Shown: one piece after another, positions 39,929-50,254 of the stretch
Layout: each line of letters opens with the position of its first letter
Numbering within the stretch: position 1 is the first letter of the stretch
IMG/VR virus record: IMGVR_UViG_2595698685_000001
Location: 58,025 to 122,024 of that record
Strand: one strand, 5' to 3'
Length of the DNA stretch: 64,000 nucleotides
Origin: a virus
Taxonomy: Duplodnaviria > Caudoviricetes
Notes under the pieces: model-generated
Database searches by the model: none
Told to the model about the DNA's origin: nothing
What the model saw: only the letters and a program-made list of their open reading frames with translations
Made by a program: the position numbers and the translations under genes

Positions 39929-40808
39929 TCCTATTTCTCCGTAAGGTTATAGTTACAGGGTCTGAATTTTCTGTAGGTATTATGTCATACTCTACTCTAA
40001 AGACTTCTGCGAACTCTAGGCGTTTTGTTATTCTTGCAAGTGGGAAATCCACTTGTATGTTATTATTTGTTATAGTTATTGGGGCGTATTCAGGTAGTAG
40101 TTCGTCTACTCCTGCGCTACCCTTAATATAGTATAGAGCAACTATAGCAGAACTATTAAGTTCATTTACATACGCTCTTTTCCTATTATAGATAGTACCT
40201 ATATCATGGATACTTCTATTATCTCTCCATGAACACTGCTGTTGAAGAGAAATTGCTGCTGAAATAAATCCAGGTAGTTGTCTGCCATTAGAGGAAGCAG
40301 AACCTGGGTAAAACGGTGCTACTCCACCCTGCAAGATGCTAGGATGGGGTGGGGAAGATGTTTCAGAAAATTTACCTGATTCAAATCCTGCAATTAAGAC
40401 AGGTATCTGCTTGTCCAAGGTAAAGTCTATTGAAGATAAGAAACAGTTATCAAACTGTACGCTCTCTCCACCTTCTGTAGTTATGTATATTGTTACCATC
40501 TTAGGTTCTATATTAGAGGAGAATTTTGGTAAAACAAATATTCCTGCCTCTTTTTCTAAACCTAACCAGTCAAACAGTATACTTTCAGAACCCAGATCAG
40601 TAAAGTTGATCTGTAAACTAATAGCGCTCACTTCTTGTGCTACTATATTGGAGTGAGAGTAGTTGGTTCTTTTATGAAGGGTACGTCTAGTAGTCTTGTA
40701 TTCTTCATACGCTATTGAAGTAGAGTAAGTAGATAGGGCATTAAAAGAAAACACCCTACCTCTATCTTCTACAACGACCCTAGACTCTCTGAGAATAGGG
40801 TAAATCAT
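39921..40808 (-). CDS. Baseplate tube protein (p140-like)
   Basis: 295 aa after the tail tube gene; synteny. Confidence 0.8.
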   Translation of the reverse strand: MIYPILRESRVVVEDRGRVFSFNALSTYSTSIAYEEYKTTRRTLHKRTNYSHSNIVAQEVSAISLQINFTDLGSESILFDWLGLEKEAGIFVLPKFSSNIEPKMVTIYITTEGGESVQFDNCFLSSIDFTLDKQIPVLIAGFESGKFSETSSPPHPSILQGGVAPFYPGSASSNGRQLPGFISAAISLQQQCSWRDNRSIHDIGTIYNRKRAYVNELNSSAIVALYYIKGSAGVDELLPEYAPITITNNNIQVDFPLARITKRLEFAEVFRVEYDIIPTENSDPVTITLRRNRND

Positions 40809-40810
40809 GA

Positions 40811-41941
40811 TTACTTACCGTCGCCTGTAGCAACAAGTTTAGTAATCTGAGTTGGGGTATATGTAGGAGAGAAACCTAAATACCCTTCATCACCCTGATC
40901 TAAGTCAGTTGGTATAGCTTTAAATTCAACACTAGTACCTAAAACATCGTCGGTTTCTATAGTAGGAATATTCACATGAGCCTGTTTAGCAACAAGTACT
41001 GCTGCTGGACGACCATCTGCGTATTCACCACCAAGAATAAGAGCAATTTCAAAACGGTTAACCACCTTCAGACCTTCAACAAGATCCTTATACAGCTCTA
41101 GGGAACCTAGAGGGTTATCATTAAGATATGCAGTTAGAGATCCTGTCAATTCAAATGTACCTGTGAAGGAACCAATAGGAATATTCACTCTAGACATGAT
41201 GTTTGGGGTCAGATATGTAACGTTGTTATTGATGGTAAAGGAACCGCCAGTAATAGGAATGTTATACTCCTTATTACTATCCATGTCTCTTAGCTTAAGA
41301 ATAGTTAACTTGTTCTTAATATAAGAGTTCTGTAGTGTTAGGTACAGAGCATCTGTCATACCGATAGTAGCCACATCAAATGGAGCATCATCTAAAGGTA
41401 CGATCTGAGTACCATTACCAGACCAAGTAACTCTACCAATGTCTTCTATATCAACGTTAACTTCTGCTTGGTTAATTTGGCACTTGTCAATACGACTCCA
41501 TGCACCATCAGTAAGAATATAAATGTATACCATAGCTAATTCGTGGTATGCATTGTTCTTAAAGTTAACTAGGAAGTTAATGTCGTTAGTGTGTGCTCCT
41601 GTAGTACCTGCTAAATCTACTGGAGCTCCGCTAGATAGGGAGTGCCACAGCAGGTAATCAGGCAACATCATAGTATCTGGGTCTGTTCCGTCACCCTCTA
41701 CTAGGTATGGAAGGATGTACGTTGAGAAACTCCACTCAGCAGCATTAAGGGAGTCGTTGAAGCGCTTAGTACCTCTAGTTGGTCTAGGGCCTGCTTCATT
41801 AACTGTTATGTCTGTTGAGTTTGTGTCTTGACCCCAAGAGATATCATCCTGTACCAGAATCTCCTGAGTATTTGCTGTTGTGAACCCAGTAGTTACTGTG
41901 GACACGAATATTCTAGTATTACGTAAAAGTTGTAAAGACAT
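40811..41941 (-). CDS. pb6: Major tail tube protein (pb6)
   Basis: MSLQLLRNTRIFVSTV start typical of T5 pb6; 376 aa. Confidence 0.92.
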   Translation of the reverse strand: MSLQLLRNTRIFVSTVTTGFTTANTQEILVQDDISWGQDTNSTDITVNEAGPRPTRGTKRFNDSLNAAEWSFSTYILPYLVEGDGTDPDTMMLPDYLLWHSLSSGAPVDLAGTTGAHTNDINFLVNFKNNAYHELAMVYIYILTDGAWSRIDKCQINQAEVNVDIEDIGRVTWSGNGTQIVPLDDAPFDVATIGMTDALYLTLQNSYIKNKLTILKLRDMDSNKEYNIPITGGSFTINNNVTYLTPNIMSRVNIPIGSFTGTFELTGSLTAYLNDNPLGSLELYKDLVEGLKVVNRFEIALILGGEYADGRPAAVLVAKQAHVNIPTIETDDVLGTSVEFKAIPTDLDQGDEGYLGFSPTYTPTQITKLVATGDGK

Positions 41942-41957
41942 GTTATGTATCTCCTAA

Positions 41958-42458
41958 TTAACGTCTTAATGCTAACCTTGGGGGGGCGTACTTAACAGAT
42001 ATAGATATTTGACCTAACCCATGAGGGGCTAGTAATCCCTCATCAGTATCTACTGATGCAATACGCCACTCGATGATTGACCACGGATAGGAAGAACCAT
42101 CTGGTGTATTAACAGTATACGATAAGTTTCCTCCCGTGTCAACAACAGTTTTTATATCCGAGATAATATTTTCTAACTCCGCTTGAACATTCACCTGTTC
42201 TCTTACAAAGGCATACACAAGTAATTCTAGCCAAACTTCTTGCTGTGCAGAAGGTAAGTAAGAGAACGTTTCAGACCCTAGAGCTATACCTACGTAAGGA
42301 AACTCATTTATCTCCTCAAACTTGTATATTCTAGTAGAAGCGTTCCCATATAAGTTAGTAAAATATAGTTCAGGTTTACTGCCATCTAACTCAGAAATTA
42401 TTCTATCTTTAAGAGCCACTGCAATACTGGCTCTATGGTTCATAACTGGTGTAGTCAT
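41958..42458 (-). CDS. Tail terminator (p142-like)
   Basis: 166 aa, TDEGLLAP motif, synteny. Confidence 0.8.
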   Translation of the reverse strand: MTTPVMNHRASIAVALKDRIISELDGSKPELYFTNLYGNASTRIYKFEEINEFPYVGIALGSETFSYLPSAQQEVWLELLVYAFVREQVNVQAELENIISDIKTVVDTGGNLSYTVNTPDGSSYPWSIIEWRIASVDTDEGLLAPHGLGQISISVKYAPPRLALRR

Positions 42459-42459
42459 T

Positions 42460-43224
42460 TTAAGTACCCTGTTTAACAGTGATTCTATATCTAGAGTGCA
42501 AGAGGTCTCTAGTAGCTTTAGCTATAGCTTCACCAATAAGTTTCTGTGGATTTCGTGCCCCTGCAAAAGGTCTTAGAGATAATCTCCTATAAGTGGACAC
42601 TGCAGGGTTAAATACTGAATAAGGTCTCAGTCTGTAGTTATATGCTACCTCAAGTTCAGGAGGTTTACGAACAGACGTAGGGCCTTTATCCAATAATGTA
42701 GCTCTTGTTATTTTCAAAGAGTTGGCAAACCTACCTGTTCTGTACTTTAAAGGCGCTCCCGCACGTTTCATTTCTTTGATTAGGTACTGTTTAGCCAGTA
42801 TCTCTAATAGTTGCTTCATATTACTATTAGATACTTGTCTACCGGATGCACCTTGTAATGAGCCATCAAAACCATTGGTATCCTCAGGATCTCCAAACTG
42901 CACACTTACCTTACCAGTTGACCTTTTTCTACCAATAGTGGACTTGTTACCCGCTACCCTTTGTAACATATTCTCTAGGGCAGGTAAATCTCCCTGCATA
43001 TCTAAGCTATTAGCTATTAGGCCTAGTATTTTAGACGACCTAACATCTAGTAAGTCTTGAGAAACAGGCTTAGTAAACCTGAAAGACATTGTAGCTACTA
43101 CTCCATCTCTAGCTTTGTCTAATAAGCCTGTCTCTACAGTGTAAACTACTGAGTTTTTACCTGCTTTTCCTCCAGCGTCTAATTCAGATCTAATTATCTT
43201 TTGAGCTGTTGTAGATAGAGCCAT
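42460..43224 (-). CDS. Tail completion protein (p143-like)
   Basis: 254 aa basic protein, YRTGRFANS motif, synteny. Confidence 0.8.
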   Translation of the reverse strand: MALSTTAQKIIRSELDAGGKAGKNSVVYTVETGLLDKARDGVVATMSFRFTKPVSQDLLDVRSSKILGLIANSLDMQGDLPALENMLQRVAGNKSTIGRKRSTGKVSVQFGDPEDTNGFDGSLQGASGRQVSNSNMKQLLEILAKQYLIKEMKRAGAPLKYRTGRFANSLKITRATLLDKGPTSVRKPPELEVAYNYRLRPYSVFNPAVSTYRRLSLRPFAGARNPQKLIGEAIAKATRDLLHSRYRITVKQGT

Positions 43225-43736
43225 TAGAGTCTCCTATATACACCAATAATAGCTCTAATATGTTCAGGTACTCCTGCTATATTAGAAGCAAAGTCTACTG
43301 TTTCACCCCCAAAGGTTCTACTAGAACGATAATCTTTCTTGTTCCAGTGCTCTACTAGTAAGCATGTAGCTACCTTTAGATCTTCAGGAATAGGGTTTAA
43401 ACCGCCTACTTCATACTGGACTTCCATATAGTCTTCATTCGGGCTGAAGTTAAGTAGTATTTTGCCCTCATCGTACAGCTTGTACTGAGTGGGCTGGATT
43501 TCGGTGCTTCCTATAGTCATCTTTGTTATAGCGGATGCCGTAGGGTCTGTCAAGAAGTACATGCGTCTAGCAGGTTTAGTGGGTAGAAGATCTACTTGAT
43601 CCTCGTTTAAGTTAAGACCTAGGAGAGAAGTAACTAAACTATTAGCAGCTTTTATTAAATGGGGAATATTAGCCTCTAGCTCAGGCCTTTTTAAACCTAA
43701 GTATTCTCTATAGTATGTTTCTGTTATAAATTCCAT
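43224..43736 (-). CDS. Head completion / head-tail adaptor (p144-like)
   Basis: 170 aa after MCP; PEDLKVA..LLVEHW, PEHIRAI..YR adaptor motifs. Confidence 0.82.
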   Translation of the reverse strand: MEFITETYYREYLGLKRPELEANIPHLIKAANSLVTSLLGLNLNEDQVDLLPTKPARRMYFLTDPTASAITKMTIGSTEIQPTQYKLYDEGKILLNFSPNEDYMEVQYEVGGLNPIPEDLKVATCLLVEHWNKKDYRSSRTFGGETVDFASNIAGVPEHIRAIIGVYRRL

Positions 43737-43749
43737 ATTTACTCCAAAT

Positions 43750-43774
43750 AAAAAGGGAGAGCCGAAGCTCTCCC
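43750..43774 (-). terminator. Intrinsic terminator after MCP
   Basis: GGGAGAGC-UUCG-GCTCTCCC + U5 on minus. Confidence 0.88.
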
Positions 43775-43793
43775 ATCTATCGGCTATTAGCCA

Positions 43794-45200
43794 TTAAGCT
43801 GCGTAGGTACCAGAAACAATACCGTTTTCAAAGTAACGCTGCAGGTTAACACGCTGAGTAACGTAGTATGCATCACGCTGTTCAGAAGCACGACGTTCTT
43901 TCTCAACAGTTACCGCACGCTGACGTGGAACAACGAAGTTTTCACGATAAGCGATGAAGCAATAAGGAGCTTCAGCAGCCTTATCTGGGAAGTACTCAGA
44001 AACAACAACCGGCATACCATAAATACGACCAACCTGACCTTGCAGTTTGATAGCATCAGCAGCAGCAACCTGAGATACGTCTTGGAATTCTTCGTCTTCA
44101 ATCAGATCGTAGTAAGCATCCATAGATACTACTAGAACCAGCTTGTTCAGACGCAGACCGTGACGACCTAAGTGACGACGCAGTTTGTGGATTTCTTTAG
44201 CAGTAACTAGAACTGTACCAGTAGCAGTAGCAGCAGTAGCGTGTGCCTGTCCATCTTCCTCAGCCATAGTCAGTAAGCCTTTAGGAGCTCCACCAACACC
44301 TGTACCAGTCATGAACGCTTTTTCAATTGCGATTGCATGAGCTTCGATCAGACGACGACGCATGATTGGAAGCAGAGTAAAGATAGCATCTTCTTCTGTT
44401 TCATCAGTCATGTAAGCCTTAGCAGCCAGTTTGAAAGTACGGAAAGTAATTTCAGACAGCTTGGTCTTATCTTCAGCACCTACAGTAGCAGGAGTACCGT
44501 AAGTTGATGCGTCAACCCAAGTAGCTTCACCAGCTTCTGGTTCAACCATCATTGTCAGCAACTTGCTGGACATTGGCAGTTCTTCGAACAGAGAACCAAC
44601 GATCAGTTCCTTCTGCAGATCACGCAGGATACGCAGGGAGAAAATTGTTTCGTAGTTTTCAGTTGAAACTTCGATAGAAGAAGATGCGTTTACAGCTTTA
44701 GCGTGAGCTTCACCACGTGCTGTTTCGAATACGCCCTTCTGCATAACGGAAGCTAGCAGAACCAGTTTTTCGATTTCTTCTTCTACAGCTTCTGCTGAAC
44801 CACCAAACAGAGCTTTCGAAACGCTGTCACCGATAAAGGTACGACCTTCTCGAGCAGCTAACAGACCTTTGATTTCATCTTTCAGAGCTAGAATGTTATC
44901 TTCCTGCTCTTTAATGGACTTAGTAAACGCTTCAGTAGAAGACTTAGAAGCGGTATCCATAGTTTGAATCAGTTCTAGAGCCTGGGCTAGTTGCTTCTGA
45001 CTTTCGCCAGTAGCCTTAGCTACCATATCTTCCATACGCTTCTGCTCTAGAGCTTCACGTTCTGCTTTTTCTTTCTTAGCAGCCTCTGCCTTTTGAGCAT
45101 CGGTCAAAGTTTTTACTGAACTAGCAAGCTCATCGATATTAAGACCCTTTTTAACAGCGTCTAGCAGAGCTTGAATATCAGGATTAGTTGGTGCTGGCAT
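43794..45200 (-). CDS. pb8: Major capsid protein precursor (HK97 fold with delta domain, pb8)
   Basis: 468 aa, coiled-coil N-terminus, GRIYGMPVVVS motif, high-expression codon bias. Confidence 0.95.
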   Translation of the reverse strand: MPAPTNPDIQALLDAVKKGLNIDELASSVKTLTDAQKAEAAKKEKAEREALEQKRMEDMVAKATGESQKQLAQALELIQTMDTASKSSTEAFTKSIKEQEDNILALKDEIKGLLAAREGRTFIGDSVSKALFGGSAEAVEEEIEKLVLLASVMQKGVFETARGEAHAKAVNASSSIEVSTENYETIFSLRILRDLQKELIVGSLFEELPMSSKLLTMMVEPEAGEATWVDASTYGTPATVGAEDKTKLSEITFRTFKLAAKAYMTDETEEDAIFTLLPIMRRRLIEAHAIAIEKAFMTGTGVGGAPKGLLTMAEEDGQAHATAATATGTVLVTAKEIHKLRRHLGRHGLRLNKLVLVVSMDAYYDLIEDEEFQDVSQVAAADAIKLQGQVGRIYGMPVVVSEYFPDKAAEAPYCFIAYRENFVVPRQRAVTVEKERRASEQRDAYYVTQRVNLQRYFENGIVSGTYAA

Positions 45201-45811
45201 TATATATTCTCCGTTTTCACAAAGCCATAGGCTAGTGCAATTTGTTCTAAAGTACCCAACTGCTTTTCAGAGGGCTGCTCAGTGATAAAGTGTTTTCTGA
45301 ACTCAAGATAATCTTGTCCGTTCATGCTCTTTGCAAGACTGAAAGTAGAGTCTTGGTTACAGGGTACTGCTACTACAGATATTTCGTAAAGCTCAAGTTT
45401 CTCAATAACGAATATTTCAGTAGCATCATCCCATCGCGCTTCTAAGCATCGGAACCCGATGCTAAACGTCTTAAGGATCTCATTTACTACAGCACTAAAG
45501 ATAGCAGGGTCAGATTCTTTAAAGATCTCTGCTCTGATATGTAGTCCATAAGCATCTGGTGTTAGTTCTAGGCATTTACCAATCGGTCTACGATGGTCAT
45601 GCCCGAATAAGATAATAGGGTTCTTCTGATAATTAGTAAGTGCGGCAACGTCATTCCAAGCGGAAGATGTAATCACATCACCTGCTCTATCTTTAACAAC
45701 AACGTTTGCATACCCTTCAATTATAACCGAAGTATCATCAGTACCCACAGCCTTAACATTTTTAATGCTCCAGTCTAAGTGCATTAAAGGGGCTTGGTCT
45801 ATACTTGGCAT
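45200..45811 (-). CDS. pb11: Prohead maturation protease (pb11)
   Basis: IEGYA, ILFGHD, FSIGF, LYEISVVAVPCN (HK97 protease motifs). Confidence 0.93.
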   Translation of the reverse strand: MPSIDQAPLMHLDWSIKNVKAVGTDDTSVIIEGYANVVVKDRAGDVITSSAWNDVAALTNYQKNPIILFGHDHRRPIGKCLELTPDAYGLHIRAEIFKESDPAIFSAVVNEILKTFSIGFRCLEARWDDATEIFVIEKLELYEISVVAVPCNQDSTFSLAKSMNGQDYLEFRKHFITEQPSEKQLGTLEQIALAYGFVKTENI

Positions 45812-45834
45812 TTTATTTCCTCATTAATCTTATG

Positions 45835-46584
45835 TTAGTCAGCCTCTGCCGTAGGATGGGCTATTTGTAGGCTACCTATTGTTGTCTGCCAAGCAGTTCT
45901 ATCTTGGAATAGGATAGCACCTGAGGTACTAGCAGATATAGACCCCGTAACTTTTCCTGTTTGGTAGTCAATAGTTACGTTATGCAACTCACTACTGCTA
46001 GGGGAGGAAGTAATATTGTATCTAGCCTCCGGAGGAGTTACAGCTATTTGTATTGTAGTATCAATAGAGTTATCTTCATTAGTGACAATTTGATTAGGTA
46101 CACACACTACGGAAGTAGCAGTAATTTTAGGCAACAGGTTCACAGATTCAGTGTGTGTGCTACTACCAATAGTAAATACAACCTCGGCAGTATCACCAGT
46201 CACACCGTCAAAGATAACATCCCATAGTCCTGCCCCGAAAGCAGATCTATCAATAACTATTGGGCCAGAAGCTGGAACAGTAGTTACTACAACTTCTCCG
46301 CCTGGATTATCAACTCTATATCGAGTTGTTGCACCATGTCTTGGTTGAACTGGAGTTACTTTAGTAATGCTAGTCTCTGGTTGTGGGCCAGGGCCTTGAT
46401 CATTATATTTAGCAACAAAGCGTTTCCAAACAGATCTGTTTGTGTGCGCAGTAGTTAGGCCTAAGTCTTTACGAATATCTTGATATCCGCGAACAAATGG
46501 CCTAGTAGCTACTGTTGCAAAGAAAATATGGGCTTCTGGAAGAGTATCTCCAAAGATAGCCTTTAATCCTGCGTAGTCAATCAT
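45835..46584 (-). CDS. Capsid decoration protein (pb10-like) with Ig-like C-terminal domains
   Basis: MIDYAGLKAIFG N-terminal capsid-binding domain; 249 aa; between portal and protease. Confidence 0.82.
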   Translation of the reverse strand: MIDYAGLKAIFGDTLPEAHIFFATVATRPFVRGYQDIRKDLGLTTAHTNRSVWKRFVAKYNDQGPGPQPETSITKVTPVQPRHGATTRYRVDNPGGEVVVTTVPASGPIVIDRSAFGAGLWDVIFDGVTGDTAEVVFTIGSSTHTESVNLLPKITATSVVCVPNQIVTNEDNSIDTTIQIAVTPPEARYNITSSPSSSELHNVTIDYQTGKVTGSISASTSGAILFQDRTAWQTTIGSLQIAHPTAEAD

Positions 46585-47798
46585 TCTTCTTCCTCATCGT
46601 TAGAACCATTAGGCCTTCCGCCTTCTTGACCACTAACTCCGGTAGCAGAACCAGCTATATTAGCAGGTATTCTAATCTTGTCCATTGCAGGGTCGTCTAG
46701 TTTTTCAAGATTAAGTTCTAATCTCGCCTCGTTACCTGTAATGATACCGTTGTTAACTAAGGAGCTCAAGTGTTTAGCTTCCTTTTCTTTATCAGGAGTA
46801 AGAGCAATAACATTCTTAATGTTAGGTCTTACTTCAAACCCGAAGAAAAAGGATATTGCACTAGTTAATTTATTTAACGTAGGTACAATAGTCATATAGT
46901 AAAACAGCTCAATGTTAGGTCTAATGTTAGCGTTGTTTCCACCGTCTATTAAGACCTGTGGTATACCTAGAGCTAACATTATGTTCTTTTCAAATCTCTG
47001 GATATCCTGTTCAAAGTCTAAATCTTTAAAGGATGAGATCTGTGAATATGGTTTGGCTTTAAGGCCAGCATCAAGGATTAGTACTGTAGACTGTCCCGTG
47101 CTAGGGTTGTAGTCTAGTTTAATCTCCTCCTGTTTACGTTCTCTTAGTTTTTTATTAAGTATTTCGTCAGTCTCTATAATAAGACCGATTACCGTACCGT
47201 TATCTAGGAACTTTTCCTTAAACAGAAGCATCTTCTCACGCTTAGATATAGAATCTATAGTGGAAGCTATTCGAGATTGACCAGTAATCTGTGAGTTTAC
47301 TCCACAAATGTAACTGTTATCCTTAATGAATATAATCTCATCAACACTATAGTTGATTTGATTATTAAATATATAGCGTTTGACAAATTTCTTATCGTCA
47401 GCTTCAACCTGCATAAGAGCAGCAGGTAAATGATACAGAGATGTACCGTCCCAATATATGTAAGCACAGCCTTCAAACAAAAGGTCTGTGAATAGAAGAC
47501 GTCTGAACGTACTGCTATCCATAAAGGGATTAGGCCTAACGTTAAGTAGAGAGTCCAAAGTCTTTGCCTTGATACCACTACCGTAGGCAATTGTCTTTAA
47601 GTTCTGACCGACTGTGTATCCACACTCTGCTGAACTGTCAATTACCATGTTAGCCGTTCTGTTTAAAATCTCTGTAGTACGATAGGCCCGAGACGTAGTT
47701 ATTGGTTTTATATTAGTACGGGAGCTTACCTGCTCCAAATCTCGTATGATTCTTTGGCCAGGGTTTAGCTTTGTAGAAATCCAACTTTTTAAACCCAT
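46581..47798 (-). CDS. pb7: Portal protein (pb7)
   Basis: 405 aa; LNVRPNPFM, GIITGNEAR..L HK97-type portal motifs. Confidence 0.93.
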   Translation of the reverse strand: MGLKSWISTKLNPGQRIIRDLEQVSSRTNIKPITTSRAYRTTEILNRTANMVIDSSAECGYTVGQNLKTIAYGSGIKAKTLDSLLNVRPNPFMDSSTFRRLLFTDLLFEGCAYIYWDGTSLYHLPAALMQVEADDKKFVKRYIFNNQINYSVDEIIFIKDNSYICGVNSQITGQSRIASTIDSISKREKMLLFKEKFLDNGTVIGLIIETDEILNKKLRERKQEEIKLDYNPSTGQSTVLILDAGLKAKPYSQISSFKDLDFEQDIQRFEKNIMLALGIPQVLIDGGNNANIRPNIELFYYMTIVPTLNKLTSAISFFFGFEVRPNIKNVIALTPDKEKEAKHLSSLVNNGIITGNEARLELNLEKLDDPAMDKIRIPANIAGSATGVSGQEGGRPNGSNDEEEE

Positions 47799-47836
47799 GA
47801 TTTATGTACCTTTTGAATTACTCTCTTAATAAGGAA

Positions 47837-47962
47837 ACAGCGTCTTAAAAACATTTGCACATAAATTTATTATTATCGACCTATCTATGTAAGTCTCTGT
47901 ATAAAGTGGGTCTATGCCCTCATGCAATATTATATCTAAGACGCTGTAGGACTATATTGTCC
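47837..47962 (-). ncRNA. Candidate branched RNA in the portal leader
   Basis: 11-bp perfect IR 47837-47847/47937-47947 enclosing two hairpins with identical CAUAGA loops; no ORF. Confidence 0.5.
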
Positions 47963-48006
47963 CTTAATTTTTTGAATTACATTCTTTGCTAATTGAATAT
48001 GTTTAT

Positions 48007-48035
48007 AGTATACATAATGTTGGCGAATTTGTAAA
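48007..48035 (-). promoter_or_regulatory. Late promoter upstream of portal
   Basis: TTTACA-17-TATACT on minus. Confidence 0.75.
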
Positions 48036-48085
48036 GTACATTTTAAAAATCGCACTCGGAAAATCAACCAAACTAGCAAATTCCC

Positions 48086-49399
48086 TTACTTTCCTCTAGT
48101 AATGGAGTACAATGCGTATCTTAGCGCATCCGCCATGTGAGAGTTCTTATCATGGACTGGCTTCTCTTTGGTCAGAATATTAGTATCTGGCATAGCCCAT
48201 GAGTAACCTTGCAATGCTTGTATAAGTCCATGACAGCTAGAGTCTATTATAATCTTATCCTGTTGGAATAGCGACTGTAATAATGCTATTCCGTCTAGAA
48301 CAGATTTCTTAGCAGCACTACTAGGGATTTCATGCTCATACGCTAAGTCCTGTCTGAACTGGGCCGCTGCAGCATCCACAAAGATACGATCTACTCCGTA
48401 CTTATCTACGGTTTTCTGAATATACGCAGCGTGCTGAGCTGTTGTTAGCTCTGCTTGCTGGTATTCTTCTAACACATAGTAAACATCTTGGTCATAGTGG
48501 TACTTAAGAGTTAAGATAGCAGTAGGGTCTCTATAACCTACGTCAATACCCATAAGAGTTTCGAATTCTTCAACGTTGAAGAAGTTAGTATACATACCAC
48601 TTAAATCACGAACGTGTTTATCAACACTAAAGGTATCGTAAATCTGCCCTTCGAATGTTGTAAAGTCAGCTTCATATTCTTGTTTGAAATAGGCTTCACT
48701 TACAGTTCTTCTTGCTTCTTCGATATCATCCAAGCTAGCTCTAGGGTTATCACGGTATGTTCCATGAATAGATACCCAGTTTCGTAATTGATCACTAAAC
48801 CCTTTTTCATAAAATACTTTAAACCAGTTATTACCGCGTGGAGTAGAAATAAACAGGGCCTTAGAGTTAGGCTTATCAAGAGTAGGACGTAATTGAATAT
48901 CGAATGCTGAACCACCGTCCATAGAGATTGCGGCTTCGTCAAATATAATCAAGTCATAAGAACGACCAACAGCACTATCTGGTTGTGCAGCAGAAGCAAT
49001 CTTAAACAGAGAACCATTCTCTAGTTCAATCTCTTTGTCTTTACTGTTCTCTCTAACTGTTTTTAATCCGTACTTATTGATAAGCTTCTTAATCTGATCC
49101 CAACCGATATTTGCTAGAGAATAGTTAGGAGCTACTACTAGTACTTTAACCCCAGGCTCTAGCAATTTCAGGAATCCTAGGGTGTACGCAATAAATGACT
49201 TACCTACACGTCTAGATACGCATGCTACTACAAATCTATGTTTAGGGTCTTCAAGTGCGTTGATAATTGCTATTTGAGGGGAGTTAGGTTCTATACCTTC
49301 TTTAGCAAGTAATCCAGATACTGGAAACTTGAAGAACCTATCCTGAACACCAAAGTCTACTATATCTTGGGTGTTCACGTAACGTCTAGATACTTGCAT
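48086..49399 (-). CDS. terL: Terminase large subunit
   Basis: SRRVGKS Walker A, IFDEAA Walker B, ISTP, GIDVG, HMADALRYA. Confidence 0.95.
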   Translation of the reverse strand: MQVSRRYVNTQDIVDFGVQDRFFKFPVSGLLAKEGIEPNSPQIAIINALEDPKHRFVVACVSRRVGKSFIAYTLGFLKLLEPGVKVLVVAPNYSLANIGWDQIKKLINKYGLKTVRENSKDKEIELENGSLFKIASAAQPDSAVGRSYDLIIFDEAAISMDGGSAFDIQLRPTLDKPNSKALFISTPRGNNWFKVFYEKGFSDQLRNWVSIHGTYRDNPRASLDDIEEARRTVSEAYFKQEYEADFTTFEGQIYDTFSVDKHVRDLSGMYTNFFNVEEFETLMGIDVGYRDPTAILTLKYHYDQDVYYVLEEYQQAELTTAQHAAYIQKTVDKYGVDRIFVDAAAAQFRQDLAYEHEIPSSAAKKSVLDGIALLQSLFQQDKIIIDSSCHGLIQALQGYSWAMPDTNILTKEKPVHDKNSHMADALRYALYSITRGK

Positions 49400-49878
49400 T
49401 ACTTCTTACCTCCTCTAGCAATAGACTCTATAAGATCTACGTAGTTAATATCGTTGCTACCTAGGATGATGTTATTTTGAGTATTATGCTGATTAGGTGT
49501 ATTCTTGCTCTTAGCTTCTTCAAGCTGAATCATCATCTTCATTTCTTCCATTTTCATCTTATGTGCTTTCCATAAAATATCCATGATATCTTGCTCTGAA
49601 CCTAGAGTAGGGTCAGTATTCATAGCATCAACTTTACGCTGTATGATGTCATCTAGTACTCCAAACAATTTCTCCTTGTTTCTAAAGCCACTCTCCATAA
49701 ATAGTACATTTAAGTAGTTCTTAATCTCAGGTTTCTGTAGCATCAATCTACAGTCAACTTCTTTAATACCTAGGAAACGTGCAGTCATAGCTACATCACT
49801 TCCATTCATTATATACGCATCTATAATCTCCATACCTTCAGGAGACATAAATTCAGGGACTAATACGTCGTTTGCCAT
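49399..49878 (-). CDS. terS: Terminase small subunit
   Basis: 159 aa directly upstream of terL; MSPEGM N-terminus like T5 TerS. Confidence 0.85.
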   Translation of the reverse strand: MANDVLVPEFMSPEGMEIIDAYIMNGSDVAMTARFLGIKEVDCRLMLQKPEIKNYLNVLFMESGFRNKEKLFGVLDDIIQRKVDAMNTDPTLGSEQDIMDILWKAHKMKMEEMKMMIQLEEAKSKNTPNQHNTQNNIILGSNDINYVDLIESIARGGKK

Positions 49879-49904
49879 AATCGAATCCTTATTTAAAATC
49901 GTGT

Positions 49905-49959
49905 TTGCTTTTTAGTTATAAAAATAGTATAATATAATTATAAAAAAATGTAAATGCAA
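49905..49959. promoter_or_regulatory. Overlapping divergent promoters
   Basis: Plus TTGCTT-17-TATAAT (49905-49933); minus TTGCAT-17-TATATT (49931-49959). Confidence 0.7.
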
Positions 49960-49995
49960 TATTTTAAATCAAGCAATTCAAAAGAGGTGGTAATT

Positions 49996-50244
49996 ATGAA
50001 CAATCATATAAGCATGAAGGTTAAGCCGTATCACCCTCATCCGTATCGTTCCAAAGAGAACGGGTATCGTGAGTGTTCTGAAATATTAACCCCACCGTAC
50101 ACACGACTAGAGTACTGTAAATCAATATCTGATGGTAGCCCTTGTTTTCCACATGAGACAACATATGTTGACTACAGGTACAAAAATAAGAAAGGTAAGT
50201 GGGTTACTGTTACAGAATACCCTATCTTAGTTAAATGGCTATAA
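49996..50244 (+). CDS. Hypothetical protein
   Basis: ATG 49996 has a GAGGTG SD; first gene after the promoter. Confidence 0.7.
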   Translation: MNNHISMKVKPYHPHPYRSKENGYRECSEILTPPYTRLEYCKSISDGSPCFPHETTYVDYRYKNKKGKWVTVTEYPILVKWL

Positions 50245-50254
50245 GGATAATCAT

